From a virus (Duplodnaviria > Caudoviricetes): a stretch of 63,394 bases of DNA. The notes beneath the pieces were generated by a model. That model made no database searches, was not told the DNA's origin, and saw only the letters and a program-made list of their open reading frames with translations. This document shows positions 20,137 to 29,146 of this stretch, one piece after another (the stretch's first letter is position 1; each line of letters starts with the position of its first letter). The position numbers were made by a program, and so were the translations under genes. The DNA lies in IMG/VR virus record IMGVR_UViG_3300017771_000005, positions 1 through 63,394 of that record; one strand, 5' to 3'.

Positions 20137-21788
20137 TACAAGTTATAATCCCACATGTACGACATATCACCATACTCATCAGTGTGCCAACGATCACCTT
20201 GATTATCGACAAATGAACCTTGATCACTTACACCATCAACAATGAATCCAAATGGTGCCATATCCTGTTCCACTTGATTTTTTTGTTCGTCGTAAAATCT
20301 CTTTCTAATATCTTGATCTGTAATTTCTTTAAAGTACTCTTGCAAAATCAACCAAGCATACATTACAAGACACATTACCAAATCATCATTACAACCTTCT
20401 TCTGCCTCAAATGATGCACCTTTTTGAATGAACGTTGTTAACTCTCTGATGATTTCATAATCAACAAATGATATCTTCTGGTCTTCAATTAATGTTTTTA
20501 AGTTGAGGCATCCAGTCTTTTTAGTTGCTTTTGACATCTTGACACCAAGTTGCACTTTACTTCCAGAGAATCCTTGCCCAAGAACTTGCCCTGCACGTCC
20601 TCTCATAGAAGTCATTAGAACATTGGGGTACTCAAGGTCATAATGTAAACCGGATGCAACCTGATCCCCAATATCATTCACTTCACATAAAACAAATGCA
20701 TTATTATATAAGTTTGCAACTTCTCTTATTCTTTGTGGGAATAATATTGGTTTAATTTGATTATCTCTATATTTTGCAATTAACTTATGTGGAAACTGTG
20801 TTACATCGAAAACTAAAAATGCAGAATAATCTTTTTCTACACCTCTGGCAACGTCCACAGTCATTACATAGTTGTGATCTTTTTGTGGATATTCATATAC
20901 ATCCAAACCAGCATTACTGTTTAGTGGATTTTCATATGCAAGATTTCTTAGAACAGATGGTCTGATTAGGGTATCAACAGATCCAAGGAATTCACATTCA
21001 AACTCCACTCGAAACTGTTGTTCTGAGGTGTTCTTAATAGTTTGTTCTTTCCACTCTTCATCTCTACCAGGAACTTCTGACCAATGAACCTCTGTAGGAA
21101 TATATTCATTGGCATTCTTTTCGGAATCATGCCAAATCTTATAAAAGTGGTTCATACCGTGAGGTGTACTCACGATGATAACCTTGGTATTTTTACCAGA
21201 AGAAATGGTAGGATAAACAGAAGAAAAGAACTGCTCTGCAATATGGTTTGGAATGAACGCAAACTCATCGAGGAAGATGATGTTATACGATCCACCACGA
21301 ACAGCAGATGCTGACGTTGATGCAGCAATAATCTTAGAACCATTCTCAAGTTCTAGTGATGCCTTGTTCCATGTCAAGACACCCTGTTGCAACCACTTGG
21401 GTAGATTTTCATATGCGGTCTGTAAACGATCGAGTAGATCTCTAGCAGTTGATGCTTTGTTAGCAAGAATCGCTACGTTTACATTATCATTAAAAATTAG
21501 ATAATATAAAAGATAAGATACAACAATCGTGGACTTACCAGACTGTCGAGGTAATTTACATACATTAAATCGATGATCATGAAACCTTTTGATCATCTTC
21601 TCCTGGAAATTATATGGTTTGAACTTCTGCAAACCATAATCCAGGGTAACAATATTGATATAATTTTTAGCGAAGTATAGTGGATCTTCACTACACTTCA
21701 TTATTTCCGTTACTTGTTCTTCTGTAAATTCAATGGCAGTATTCGCTTTTTTAAGAAGCGGATTGCCAAGATAATGATCACTACTCAT
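20136..21788 (-). CDS. gp17: Terminase large subunit
   Basis: PRQSGKS, FLDEFAF, VSTP.G.NHF, DVARG, DDLVM; no intein evident. Confidence 0.97.
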   Translation of the reverse strand: MSSDHYLGNPLLKKANTAIEFTEEQVTEIMKCSEDPLYFAKNYINIVTLDYGLQKFKPYNFQEKMIKRFHDHRFNVCKLPRQSGKSTIVVSYLLYYLIFNDNVNVAILANKASTARDLLDRLQTAYENLPKWLQQGVLTWNKASLELENGSKIIAASTSASAVRGGSYNIIFLDEFAFIPNHIAEQFFSSVYPTISSGKNTKVIIVSTPHGMNHFYKIWHDSEKNANEYIPTEVHWSEVPGRDEEWKEQTIKNTSEQQFRVEFECEFLGSVDTLIRPSVLRNLAYENPLNSNAGLDVYEYPQKDHNYVMTVDVARGVEKDYSAFLVFDVTQFPHKLIAKYRDNQIKPILFPQRIREVANLYNNAFVLCEVNDIGDQVASGLHYDLEYPNVLMTSMRGRAGQVLGQGFSGSKVQLGVKMSKATKKTGCLNLKTLIEDQKISFVDYEIIRELTTFIQKGASFEAEEGCNDDLVMCLVMYAWLILQEYFKEITDQDIRKRFYDEQKNQVEQDMAPFGFIVDGVSDQGSFVDNQGDRWHTDEYGDMSYMWDYNL

Positions 21789-21796
21789 AAAAAATA

Positions 21797-22081
21797 TTAA
21801 CCTTGATATACTACCGATGTTGCATATACATCCGATGCAGAAGAATAAATCAAATCCGTTCTTTCTTTATGAACTATGATTGGATCTTTCCCTGCCATAT
21901 GTATGCTTCCATAGGTAACTCCAGCGCCAGTTCTAACTTCAACTAGGCGATCTGAAGAGTGACTATGTTGGAGCATGACATATTCAGCACCAATACTCCC
22001 ATTAGTTGCTGATGCTGGAATTGAAGATCCAGAACCAGCATTAACAGTGGTGGATTCTCCTAAAATTTTTATTACATACAT
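21797..22081 (-). CDS. Small beta-rich hypothetical virion protein
   Basis: 94-aa ORF; similar to the 14461-14730 product. Confidence 0.6.
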   Translation of the reverse strand: MYVIKILGESTTVNAGSGSSIPASATNGSIGAEYVMLQHSHSSDRLVEVRTGAGVTYGSIHMAGKDPIIVHKERTDLIYSSASDVYATSVVYQG

Positions 22082-22084
22082 GGA

Positions 22085-23272
22085 TTAGCACTTCCAACGA
22101 CGACGGGCTTTACATACGGGTTTATCTGGAGTCTTAGAGCAATCAATGTTGTGCATATCTTGCTGACCCTTAGAGCGAGCGCAGAATGACTTACGGCGCT
22201 TTGCATCCTTGCTTCCTTTCTTGACTTTTCCAGTTACGGCAGTCTTTAGTTTGGAACCAGGATTTTCACGACGGTATGCAGCAACTGCTTTTTTGCTCAT
22301 GCCGTCAGTCTTATCACCTTTATTTACCTTTTGCCAATCTTCATTTTGCTTTTCTTCTCCAATATTTCCATTGTTCAGAAGATAATTCTTGGAATGTGAA
22401 TTTACAACCTGCATGATTGGTTGTCCTACACCACTTTTGGTAATTCTGTAAGACATAAGTCTTGAACCAGGATACACCTTCTGAATTTCAGATTCAACCT
22501 CTTCTCTAGTTGGCATAGAAGGTTGTGGGAAGAACATAGTCATTTGATATGACCTACCTTTCCAAGCAGCAACAACCATCAACAGATTACCATTGTCTGC
22601 TTCTAATCTTACTCTTTCGTCGATAGTGACTTCTTCTTTCGCTAAGTCACCAAATCTTTCGCGATGCTTTCTCAATGGCATTGATTTATCACGAAATTCT
22701 TTAGGAGATTCATAACCAGTTGGTTTAGAACCATCTTTAGTTGAAGATCTTCTACCTAATGTCTTTCTCTCGGAAGATTGTCCTAGTTTGGTTTTGTCTT
22801 TATATTGAGTGCCGAGTTTTTCATCAATCTCAATAGATTCATTGCTTTTTTCTTTTTTATCAAATAGAGGTTTGCCATCTTTACCCTTTAAAGTATAGAC
22901 ACCTTTCTTATTTCCCCCATTGAATGGTTTGGCATAAGCATATCCAGCATCAGTTTCTTTGCCACCATGAGATGCAAAACGATTCTCATCTAGTTCACTG
23001 AGGATCTTATCTACTAGTCTTTCTTCTTGTCTGATATTGGGTAATTGTACTTTTGCCTTTGTAGACATTTTTCTCTTTGCAACTTCAGCAGTTGCTTCAT
23101 CACCAGTATCTTGCGCTCTCTGAGTAATCTTCTCAGAACGCTGTACAGATCTAAACTTATCCTTATCTACATCCATAGATGGGGATGATTCAGATACGAG
23201 TGGGTCCGCCTTAATTAAGTCAATAAACTCGTAGGCAGCATTGCCAAACATGTCTTCAATCTTAACAGTCAT
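22085..23272 (-). CDS. Charged multi-module protein with C-terminal DUF6321-like domain (possible internal head protein)
   Basis: C-terminal DWQKVN...YRRENPGSKLKTAVT...RRKSFCARS...ARRRWKC; late promoter CTAAATA at about 23274-23280. Confidence 0.65.
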   Translation of the reverse strand: MTVKIEDMFGNAAYEFIDLIKADPLVSESSPSMDVDKDKFRSVQRSEKITQRAQDTGDEATAEVAKRKMSTKAKVQLPNIRQEERLVDKILSELDENRFASHGGKETDAGYAYAKPFNGGNKKGVYTLKGKDGKPLFDKKEKSNESIEIDEKLGTQYKDKTKLGQSSERKTLGRRSSTKDGSKPTGYESPKEFRDKSMPLRKHRERFGDLAKEEVTIDERVRLEADNGNLLMVVAAWKGRSYQMTMFFPQPSMPTREEVESEIQKVYPGSRLMSYRITKSGVGQPIMQVVNSHSKNYLLNNGNIGEEKQNEDWQKVNKGDKTDGMSKKAVAAYRRENPGSKLKTAVTGKVKKGSKDAKRRKSFCARSKGQQDMHNIDCSKTPDKPVCKARRRWKC

Positions 23273-23301
23273 CTATTTAGATACTATACCCTATTCTTTA
23301 T

Positions 23302-23760
23302 TTATTCGTTGTCTTTTTTCTGTTGTTTTAGTAACTTAGACAACTCTGAAGTTGTTCCTAAGAACACAGCATTATTAGTAACATTAGTCGTGTTGTTAGT
23401 TACACTTTCTGCTTCAATATCTTTCATCTTTTTCTGAAGATCAATTAATTTATCAGCAGCATCTGATACACTTTTAATTAACTGTCCTGCAACTTCATAT
23501 GCTCTTGCAGACTCAGTTTCTTGTGCTAATTCAAGAACACCATTCAATGCTTCTTGACCTTTTTCTACGATAGAGTAAAAGTTACCTCTGGCATATTCGT
23601 AATCTTTAGTTGTATCGTTTTTCTTTGGTTTCTTTTCTAATTCTTTTTTATTTGCAACTAACTTCTCATCAACATATGGTACAGGAGTGATGTCAACTAC
23701 TTCATCATCATCTGGACCAGTGTTGAATGTTTCATTCAACTTATCAAATTTATCACTCAT
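23302..23760 (-). CDS. gp16: Terminase small subunit
   Basis: DYEYAR.N.Y...EKGQEA, ARAYEVAGQLIK, NNAVFLGTTSEL. Confidence 0.93.
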   Translation of the reverse strand: MSDKFDKLNETFNTGPDDDEVVDITPVPYVDEKLVANKKELEKKPKKNDTTKDYEYARGNFYSIVEKGQEALNGVLELAQETESARAYEVAGQLIKSVSDAADKLIDLQKKMKDIEAESVTNNTTNVTNNAVFLGTTSELSKLLKQQKKDNE

Positions 23761-24755
23761 CAGATAAACTCCGAATCGAATCCAAACTCGTCTCCAGGTT
23801 CAATGAGTGCATTATCTGCTTCAACAACTAACTGAACTCCAGTTCCACTTACGTGATTCGTAATAGTTGTATTTGCATAACCTCTTACAACTTTCACTTC
23901 ATTGCCATCAACTGATTCAACTAACATAGACTCATTACTTACAGTAATGATATTCTTTTCTACAATTCCACTTGCACTAGCAAGAGTGATTTCCACTTCA
24001 TCATCAGATACATTTTCTGCCAAAGTAGTTACCTGGTTATCTGTATAACTCTTCGTAGCGGTAGGTAATACTTTGTAAGTAACATCTCTTTCATATCTCT
24101 TTGGAGTTCCCGCAAGATATTCAACAGATGCTTTCTTGATGATGTTCTTGGAAGCGTCGGTAACTGGACCAAACAAATACGTCTTTGCAGTAAAACTAAC
24201 TGTATAGACAAGAGATCTTCTCTTACTGAAATCTCCCTCATAATCATCACTCATTTTGATATCGTTGATGATAATTGGAATATCTCTCTTCTCTCCTAAT
24301 TCTTTTACTAAATCTACAGTTAATGAATACTCTGGTTGGAAATATGGTAAAATCTGCTCAATAATTTGGAGCATATCATCATTAATTTTAGTATAGATGC
24401 TCAGTTCAAAATTCATATTATAAGGAACTGGCATATATGTTTCCTTAATTTTATTATCATCTTTATCCACTGCCTGGAAAGTTTGAGTTGTTGTCAACTT
24501 TCTCTGTGGATCATAGGTGATTCCATTGAATTCAAAAGACATTCTAGGAAGTTGAATTTCAATAGGTCTATTCAGATCTGCCTGTTGATTCAGTCTTGCT
24601 AGAAACTTTTGAGTAGGTCCATATGCGATGGGCACCTTAACAGTTGAAAAGGTGTTATCATTATCATCCTTTTTTTCAATAGTGATATTATTGAATAATG
24701 TACCAAAACTAATGATAGATTTTCTTAATATCTGGTGATAAAAATAAGTAAACAT
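23760..24755 (-). CDS. gp15: Tail sheath stabiliser/terminator with C-terminal extension
   Basis: YFYH..LRK.II.FGTLFN, LPRMSFE, PVPYN, QI.EQILPYFQP. Confidence 0.93.
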   Translation of the reverse strand: MFTYFYHQILRKSIISFGTLFNNITIEKKDDNDNTFSTVKVPIAYGPTQKFLARLNQQADLNRPIEIQLPRMSFEFNGITYDPQRKLTTTQTFQAVDKDDNKIKETYMPVPYNMNFELSIYTKINDDMLQIIEQILPYFQPEYSLTVDLVKELGEKRDIPIIINDIKMSDDYEGDFSKRRSLVYTVSFTAKTYLFGPVTDASKNIIKKASVEYLAGTPKRYERDVTYKVLPTATKSYTDNQVTTLAENVSDDEVEITLASASGIVEKNIITVSNESMLVESVDGNEVKVVRGYANTTITNHVSGTGVQLVVEADNALIEPGDEFGFDSEFI

Positions 24756-24779
24756 TTTCTTTCACTATGATGGTATTAT

Positions 24780-25442
24780 TTAGACTTGTCCAAATGGATT
24801 AGATTCACTAAAGTCTAGAAATGAATCTGCTTCCAATTCAATGTTGGTATTGTCTGCAAATGCATCATCTGGATCATCTGTTCCAACAATTCGGATTTCA
24901 TATTGTGCAGACGATGCAGCACCTACGACAGTTTCACCAACAACGAACGTTCCTGCAATATTTCCAATCTCTAAGTTTGTAGTAGTTGCATTCCAGGACT
25001 TGACTCTCGCTGTTGCACCACTTGTTTGTCCAGTAACTACTTCGTTGTGTGCAAATGTTCCTATGCCAACACTAGATGGATTTGAGATAGTGATAGTTGG
25101 AGAGGTTGTATATCCAACTCCAGCATCCACAATATTTATTCTACTTACCTGCCCCGCCTCATTTAATTCTGCTTCACCAACAGCAGTCACTGGAGTCGGG
25201 AGAGGAAAATATCCAGATCCAGATGCAACAATGCTAATGCTTTGTATTACACTATTAGCAATAACTGGATAAAAAGATCCAGCAATACCTGGAGTTGTTG
25301 TATTTTCTATATTGATTACTGGTGGATCGGTAGATGCATATCCTGTTCCCCCATTGAGGACTTCAATTGAAGTAACACCATACGTAACGGGATCAAAGTA
25401 TGGTCTCAAAGAAGCACCACTACCAGGGACAGTTCTAGTCAT
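24780..25442 (-). CDS. C-terminal part of neck protein gp14 as a separate ORF
   Basis: Ends DNTNIELEADSFLDFSESNPFG, the typical gp14 terminus; immediately precedes g15; GxGY repeats; late promoter ATAAATA at 25456-25462. Confidence 0.75.
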   Translation of the reverse strand: MTRTVPGSGASLRPYFDPVTYGVTSIEVLNGGTGYASTDPPVINIENTTTPGIAGSFYPVIANSVIQSISIVASGSGYFPLPTPVTAVGEAELNEAGQVSRINIVDAGVGYTTSPTITISNPSSVGIGTFAHNEVVTGQTSGATARVKSWNATTTNLEIGNIAGTFVVGETVVGAASSAQYEIRIVGTDDPDDAFADNTNIELEADSFLDFSESNPFGQV

Positions 25443-25458
25443 TGGATTTTTTAATTAT

Positions 25459-27123
25459 TTATTTGATTACTCTATTGTTTCTAAATCTTGGGTATTTTGG
25501 ACCAGAGACTTCAGAATGCCTATTTTTATCTAGAACAGAGGGGTATGTTGACCCATGTTCTGGCCTCTTCTTCATGATGAAAAGATACCTGTTATTACTA
25601 TTACTTCCAAGAGCCTCATAACCACTGTGATTTTCAGTTCCCGTAGTTCCAACCTCAGATAAGGAAGATTCCTTCAAATATTGAAGTGCATCTGATTGTC
25701 TAAGTCTAGGTTCTTGCTCTGCGAGACAAGCAATAACACCACAAACCTGTGGACTTGCCATACTAGTCCCATTAATCGATGCTATGTAATAAGATGCACT
25801 CCTAGAATCTACAACTACAGATCCATAACTAGCAGCATCAGCACTAGTTTTATCGTAAACAGCAGAAATGATATCACTACCAGGTGCCCAAATATCTACT
25901 CTCCCACCCCAGTTACTGAAATTAGATTTGTATTCAGAAACTTTAGAACCAATCGATCCTACACAGATAACATTATCTGCTGAACCTGGAGTTGAACCTC
26001 TTGAGTGATATCTTGTAGATGAAGTATAATAAGAGTTATTATAATCACTACCACTAGAAGTATCACAATTCCAATAACTGTTTCCTGCGGATGAAATAAC
26101 AATAACACCATCATTGATAGCATCTTGAATATCAGCATCTACAGCAGCAACTCTAGCAGGAACTCTATAAAGATAGGTGTTAGTGGGAACTGGGACACCA
26201 TTGTCCTCCAATATCGCTTTCTTTTCTGAATCAGTGCCACTTAAAGAAGTAGTTGTTCCTCTATAAGTAACCCTAGTAATACTTGAAAGGCTGTCACTAT
26301 TATCGCCATAACTATATCCCCAACTATGATTAGTGATTGTTGGGTTTCTTCTGCCAGTTGTTGGATTTCTATCTTTATTTTTATGGAAATGTCTTAAGTA
26401 ATCCCATAACTTTTCATCCCAATCAGTAACACCAGATAATGTGTCACTAAACGCCATATTATAAATGTTGGCATTTCTTGCCCAACCTTGAGTATTACCA
26501 CATGCAGTTCCTGCTACATGAGTTCCGTGGTTACTGTTTGGTGATGCACCAGATGTACTATAAGTATAAGTGTCGTTGGTTGAATATCCTAATGTTGAAC
26601 TATACCTAAACCAATTAAATTGATTAACTCTACTACCGCCAGTACCATCAGTATTCTTAGCAAATTCTGGATGATCTGGATTAATATGCGAATCTACTAT
26701 AACAACATCAACATATTTTCCAGACGATGTTGTCATAATTTTTTGTGTGGTCTCAGTAGTTGAATCACTACCCCAGTTAGATACAGAATCTCCCTTAATG
26801 ACTCTATATAACCCCCAGTTCTTATCAGTGGATTCTAATGTTCCTGTGGTCTTTTCAAAATCTCCTGCTTGTTCCCACATTTCAGTTGGAACAAGTCCAC
26901 GATCTCTTGCTGGACGTTCACAAGCAATTACTCTAGAGTCGTTTCTAACTTGCCCTGCTTCCTCTTCAGTAAGCATGTAATGAGTATTACGACTAATCTG
27001 CCTCCGATGAACTAATTCAACCTCTCTGTCTGGAATATAGAGGTTCCCACCAGGAGTTTCTAGATCATCATAAAGACTTTGAAGATCTTCGTAAGATGTA
27101 CAAGTTACAATATATTCGTTCAT
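25459..27123 (-). CDS. Subtilisin-like (S8) serine protease
   Basis: Triad motifs VIVDS (Asp), HGTHVAGT (His), GTSMASP (Ser); oxyanion SAGN; N-terminal propeptide-like region. Confidence 0.92.
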   Translation of the reverse strand: MNEYIVTCTSYEDLQSLYDDLETPGGNLYIPDREVELVHRRQISRNTHYMLTEEEAGQVRNDSRVIACERPARDRGLVPTEMWEQAGDFEKTTGTLESTDKNWGLYRVIKGDSVSNWGSDSTTETTQKIMTTSSGKYVDVVIVDSHINPDHPEFAKNTDGTGGSRVNQFNWFRYSSTLGYSTNDTYTYSTSGASPNSNHGTHVAGTACGNTQGWARNANIYNMAFSDTLSGVTDWDEKLWDYLRHFHKNKDRNPTTGRRNPTITNHSWGYSYGDNSDSLSSITRVTYRGTTTSLSGTDSEKKAILEDNGVPVPTNTYLYRVPARVAAVDADIQDAINDGVIVISSAGNSYWNCDTSSGSDYNNSYYTSSTRYHSRGSTPGSADNVICVGSIGSKVSEYKSNFSNWGGRVDIWAPGSDIISAVYDKTSADAASYGSVVVDSRSASYYIASINGTSMASPQVCGVIACLAEQEPRLRQSDALQYLKESSLSEVGTTGTENHSGYEALGSNSNNRYLFIMKKRPEHGSTYPSVLDKNRHSEVSGPKYPRFRNNRVIK

Positions 27124-29108
27124 CAGTCCTCCATCTTAAGCATGGTGAATGTGATTCCAATTCCTGCAGTACTTACGCCAGTTAGATTCTTCGTCTTTAT
27201 ATAAACAGTGGAGTCTACTGGACTGTTATTATTATATCCAACAACTGCGGGACTGAATAAGATAATATCGGATCCAGTGGTAACTGCTTCAGCAATGACG
27301 CCAGAACCCGGAGTTGGATCTTCTGTAATCAATCTGGAAACATCTGCTGTTCTACTTGCAGCATCACAGTAAATTGTTACCCACGCTGCTGTAGAGATAT
27401 TTACTTTTATGAGTGAATATGTTTTATAACCTTCAACTTCATGATTCTTGGATTCAGTAATTCCGAAAGATCCAGGATTAGTTGAAATCCCCTGACGTAC
27501 TCTTGACTCAATGATGTTGATTCTGCCACCCATATTGGGATGAGCAGTACATTGATAATATAAGGTACTAGGAGCATCAAATTGAACATCCCACGTCAGA
27601 GTGCCGCTAGTTACGTTGTTATTAGTAACTCCATCATTATATTCTGTTCCTGCAGAACCGTTTGGAGTGCTTTGAATCCTGAACGGATGTGCACCCATAT
27701 TATTGACAAACTGATACTCTTGACCACGAATTAACGTGATTGTTGGGTCATTCTCAGCACCAGTTAATCCCGGTCCAGTAAATGTGTAATTATCAATCCC
27801 ATCTGCACCAAGTGTCCATTTTGCAGTAATTAACTGAGTAGCAGTAAGTGTACCAGCAACACCAACGTCCCCAGTAATAGTGGAAACGCCGCTGACATTA
27901 TTAGCAAAAATTTCTCTACAACTTACAATTCCAACTACAAGTTTTTCTGGATTGTCAAATACCGCGTCCACAGAATTAATTACGGTTGTTCCAATACCAA
28001 CGCTTGCACTAGTTGAAATACCTGATGGGAAGTTAGAAGCGGGAATAAAGAATCCATTAGCGGGACCTAATGGGCCTTGTTGACCAGTACCACCTTGAAT
28101 GCCTTGATTTGCAAGACCCTGAGGACCTTGAATACCCTGGGTTGCTTGAGATCCCTGTAAACCCTGAACACCTTGATTAGAAAGACCTTGGAGACCCTGT
28201 GTGCCTTGAGTACCAGCGCCTGTGGTTCCTTGAGCACCAGTATTACCAGCAGGACCTCCACCACCCTGAATGCCGAGATTTCCTTGAATTCCTTGTCCCG
28301 TTAATCCCTGAAGACCCTGAACACCTTGAGGTCCGTCGTTTCCAGTAGGTCCAATTTGACCAAAAGTTCCTTGAGATCCAGTATTACCAATAATACCCTG
28401 GAAACCTTGTGCACCATATCCTAATTGACCTTGAACACCCTGAGGTCCATATGCACCCAAATCACCCTGAATTCCAAGTGGACCTTGGATACCTATATGA
28501 CCCTGAGTACCTTGAGTTGCTTGTAATCCTTGTGCTCCAAATACTCCTTGTGTACCTTGTCCAGCATTCTGTCCATCTCTACCCTGGACACCTTGAATAC
28601 CTTGAGTACCCTGATTTCCTTGAAGTCCTTGATGTCCTTGAATACCTAATGTTCCTTGAATACCTTGTGCTGCATATTGTCCTGCAATACCTTGAGCACC
28701 AGATGTATCACCACCATCTAACCAAACACTACCACCTTGATATACCCAAATGTGGTTTGTTAAATCATCAATTACTGCACTACCAATACCAGCGGTTGGA
28801 TAAGTAGCATTCAAAAATGTCTGAACATTTCCTGGAGGATTGATTGCAACATTTGCTTCGGTTGCAAATACATTAAAGTTAGAACCTATACGTCCTTGAA
28901 CACCTTGGAAACCCTGAATACCTTGAGAACCAGTATTACCCTTAATACCTTGGGCACCACCAAGAGTTCCACCAGTTAAGGTTGTACCATCACCGAAAGC
29001 GGTATAAATTTCATTAAAGTTATCATTAACCTTGCCAGCGCCGGCTTTCAGAGAATCACCAGTCCCGTCGTTATCAGTTGTACCAGTATTGATTATCTTT
29101 TTAGCCAT
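27123..29108 (-). CDS. Collagen-like fibre protein with gp9/gp10-type N-terminus and cupredoxin-like distal domain
   Basis: N-term INTG...DGTGDSLK....K.N.NF.EIY; long G-X-Q repeats; HPF...YYQCTAHPNMGG; late promoter CTAAATA at 29144-29150. Confidence 0.85.
   Translation of the reverse strand: MAKKIINTGTTDNDGTGDSLKAGAGKVNDNFNEIYTAFGDGTTLTGGTLGGAQGIKGNTGSQGIQGFQGVQGRIGSNFNVFATEANVAINPPGNVQTFLNATYPTAGIGSAVIDDLTNHIWVYQGGSVWLDGGDTSGAQGIAGQYAAQGIQGTLGIQGHQGLQGNQGTQGIQGVQGRDGQNAGQGTQGVFGAQGLQATQGTQGHIGIQGPLGIQGDLGAYGPQGVQGQLGYGAQGFQGIIGNTGSQGTFGQIGPTGNDGPQGVQGLQGLTGQGIQGNLGIQGGGGPAGNTGAQGTTGAGTQGTQGLQGLSNQGVQGLQGSQATQGIQGPQGLANQGIQGGTGQQGPLGPANGFFIPASNFPSGISTSASVGIGTTVINSVDAVFDNPEKLVVGIVSCREIFANNVSGVSTITGDVGVAGTLTATQLITAKWTLGADGIDNYTFTGPGLTGAENDPTITLIRGQEYQFVNNMGAHPFRIQSTPNGSAGTEYNDGVTNNNVTSGTLTWDVQFDAPSTLYYQCTAHPNMGGRINIIESRVRQGISTNPGSFGITESKNHEVEGYKTYSLIKVNISTAAWVTIYCDAASRTADVSRLITEDPTPGSGVIAEAVTTGSDIILFSPAVVGYNNNSPVDSTVYIKTKNLTGVSTAGIGITFTMLKMED
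28064..28958 (-). repeat. Coding collagen (Gly-X-Gln) triplet repeats
   Basis: 9-nt periodic ccttg/ccctg pattern; interrupted by a non-collagen stretch at about 28700-28880. Confidence 0.9.
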
Positions 29109-29146
29109 TACTATTCTAATGCAAATGCTTTTTCGTATATGTATAT

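Noticed and set aside
20136-21788. Intein or intron in g17 (also considered for g20, g23, uvsW, g46)
   Set aside because: Normal lengths, uninterrupted frames, no intein terminal motifs seen
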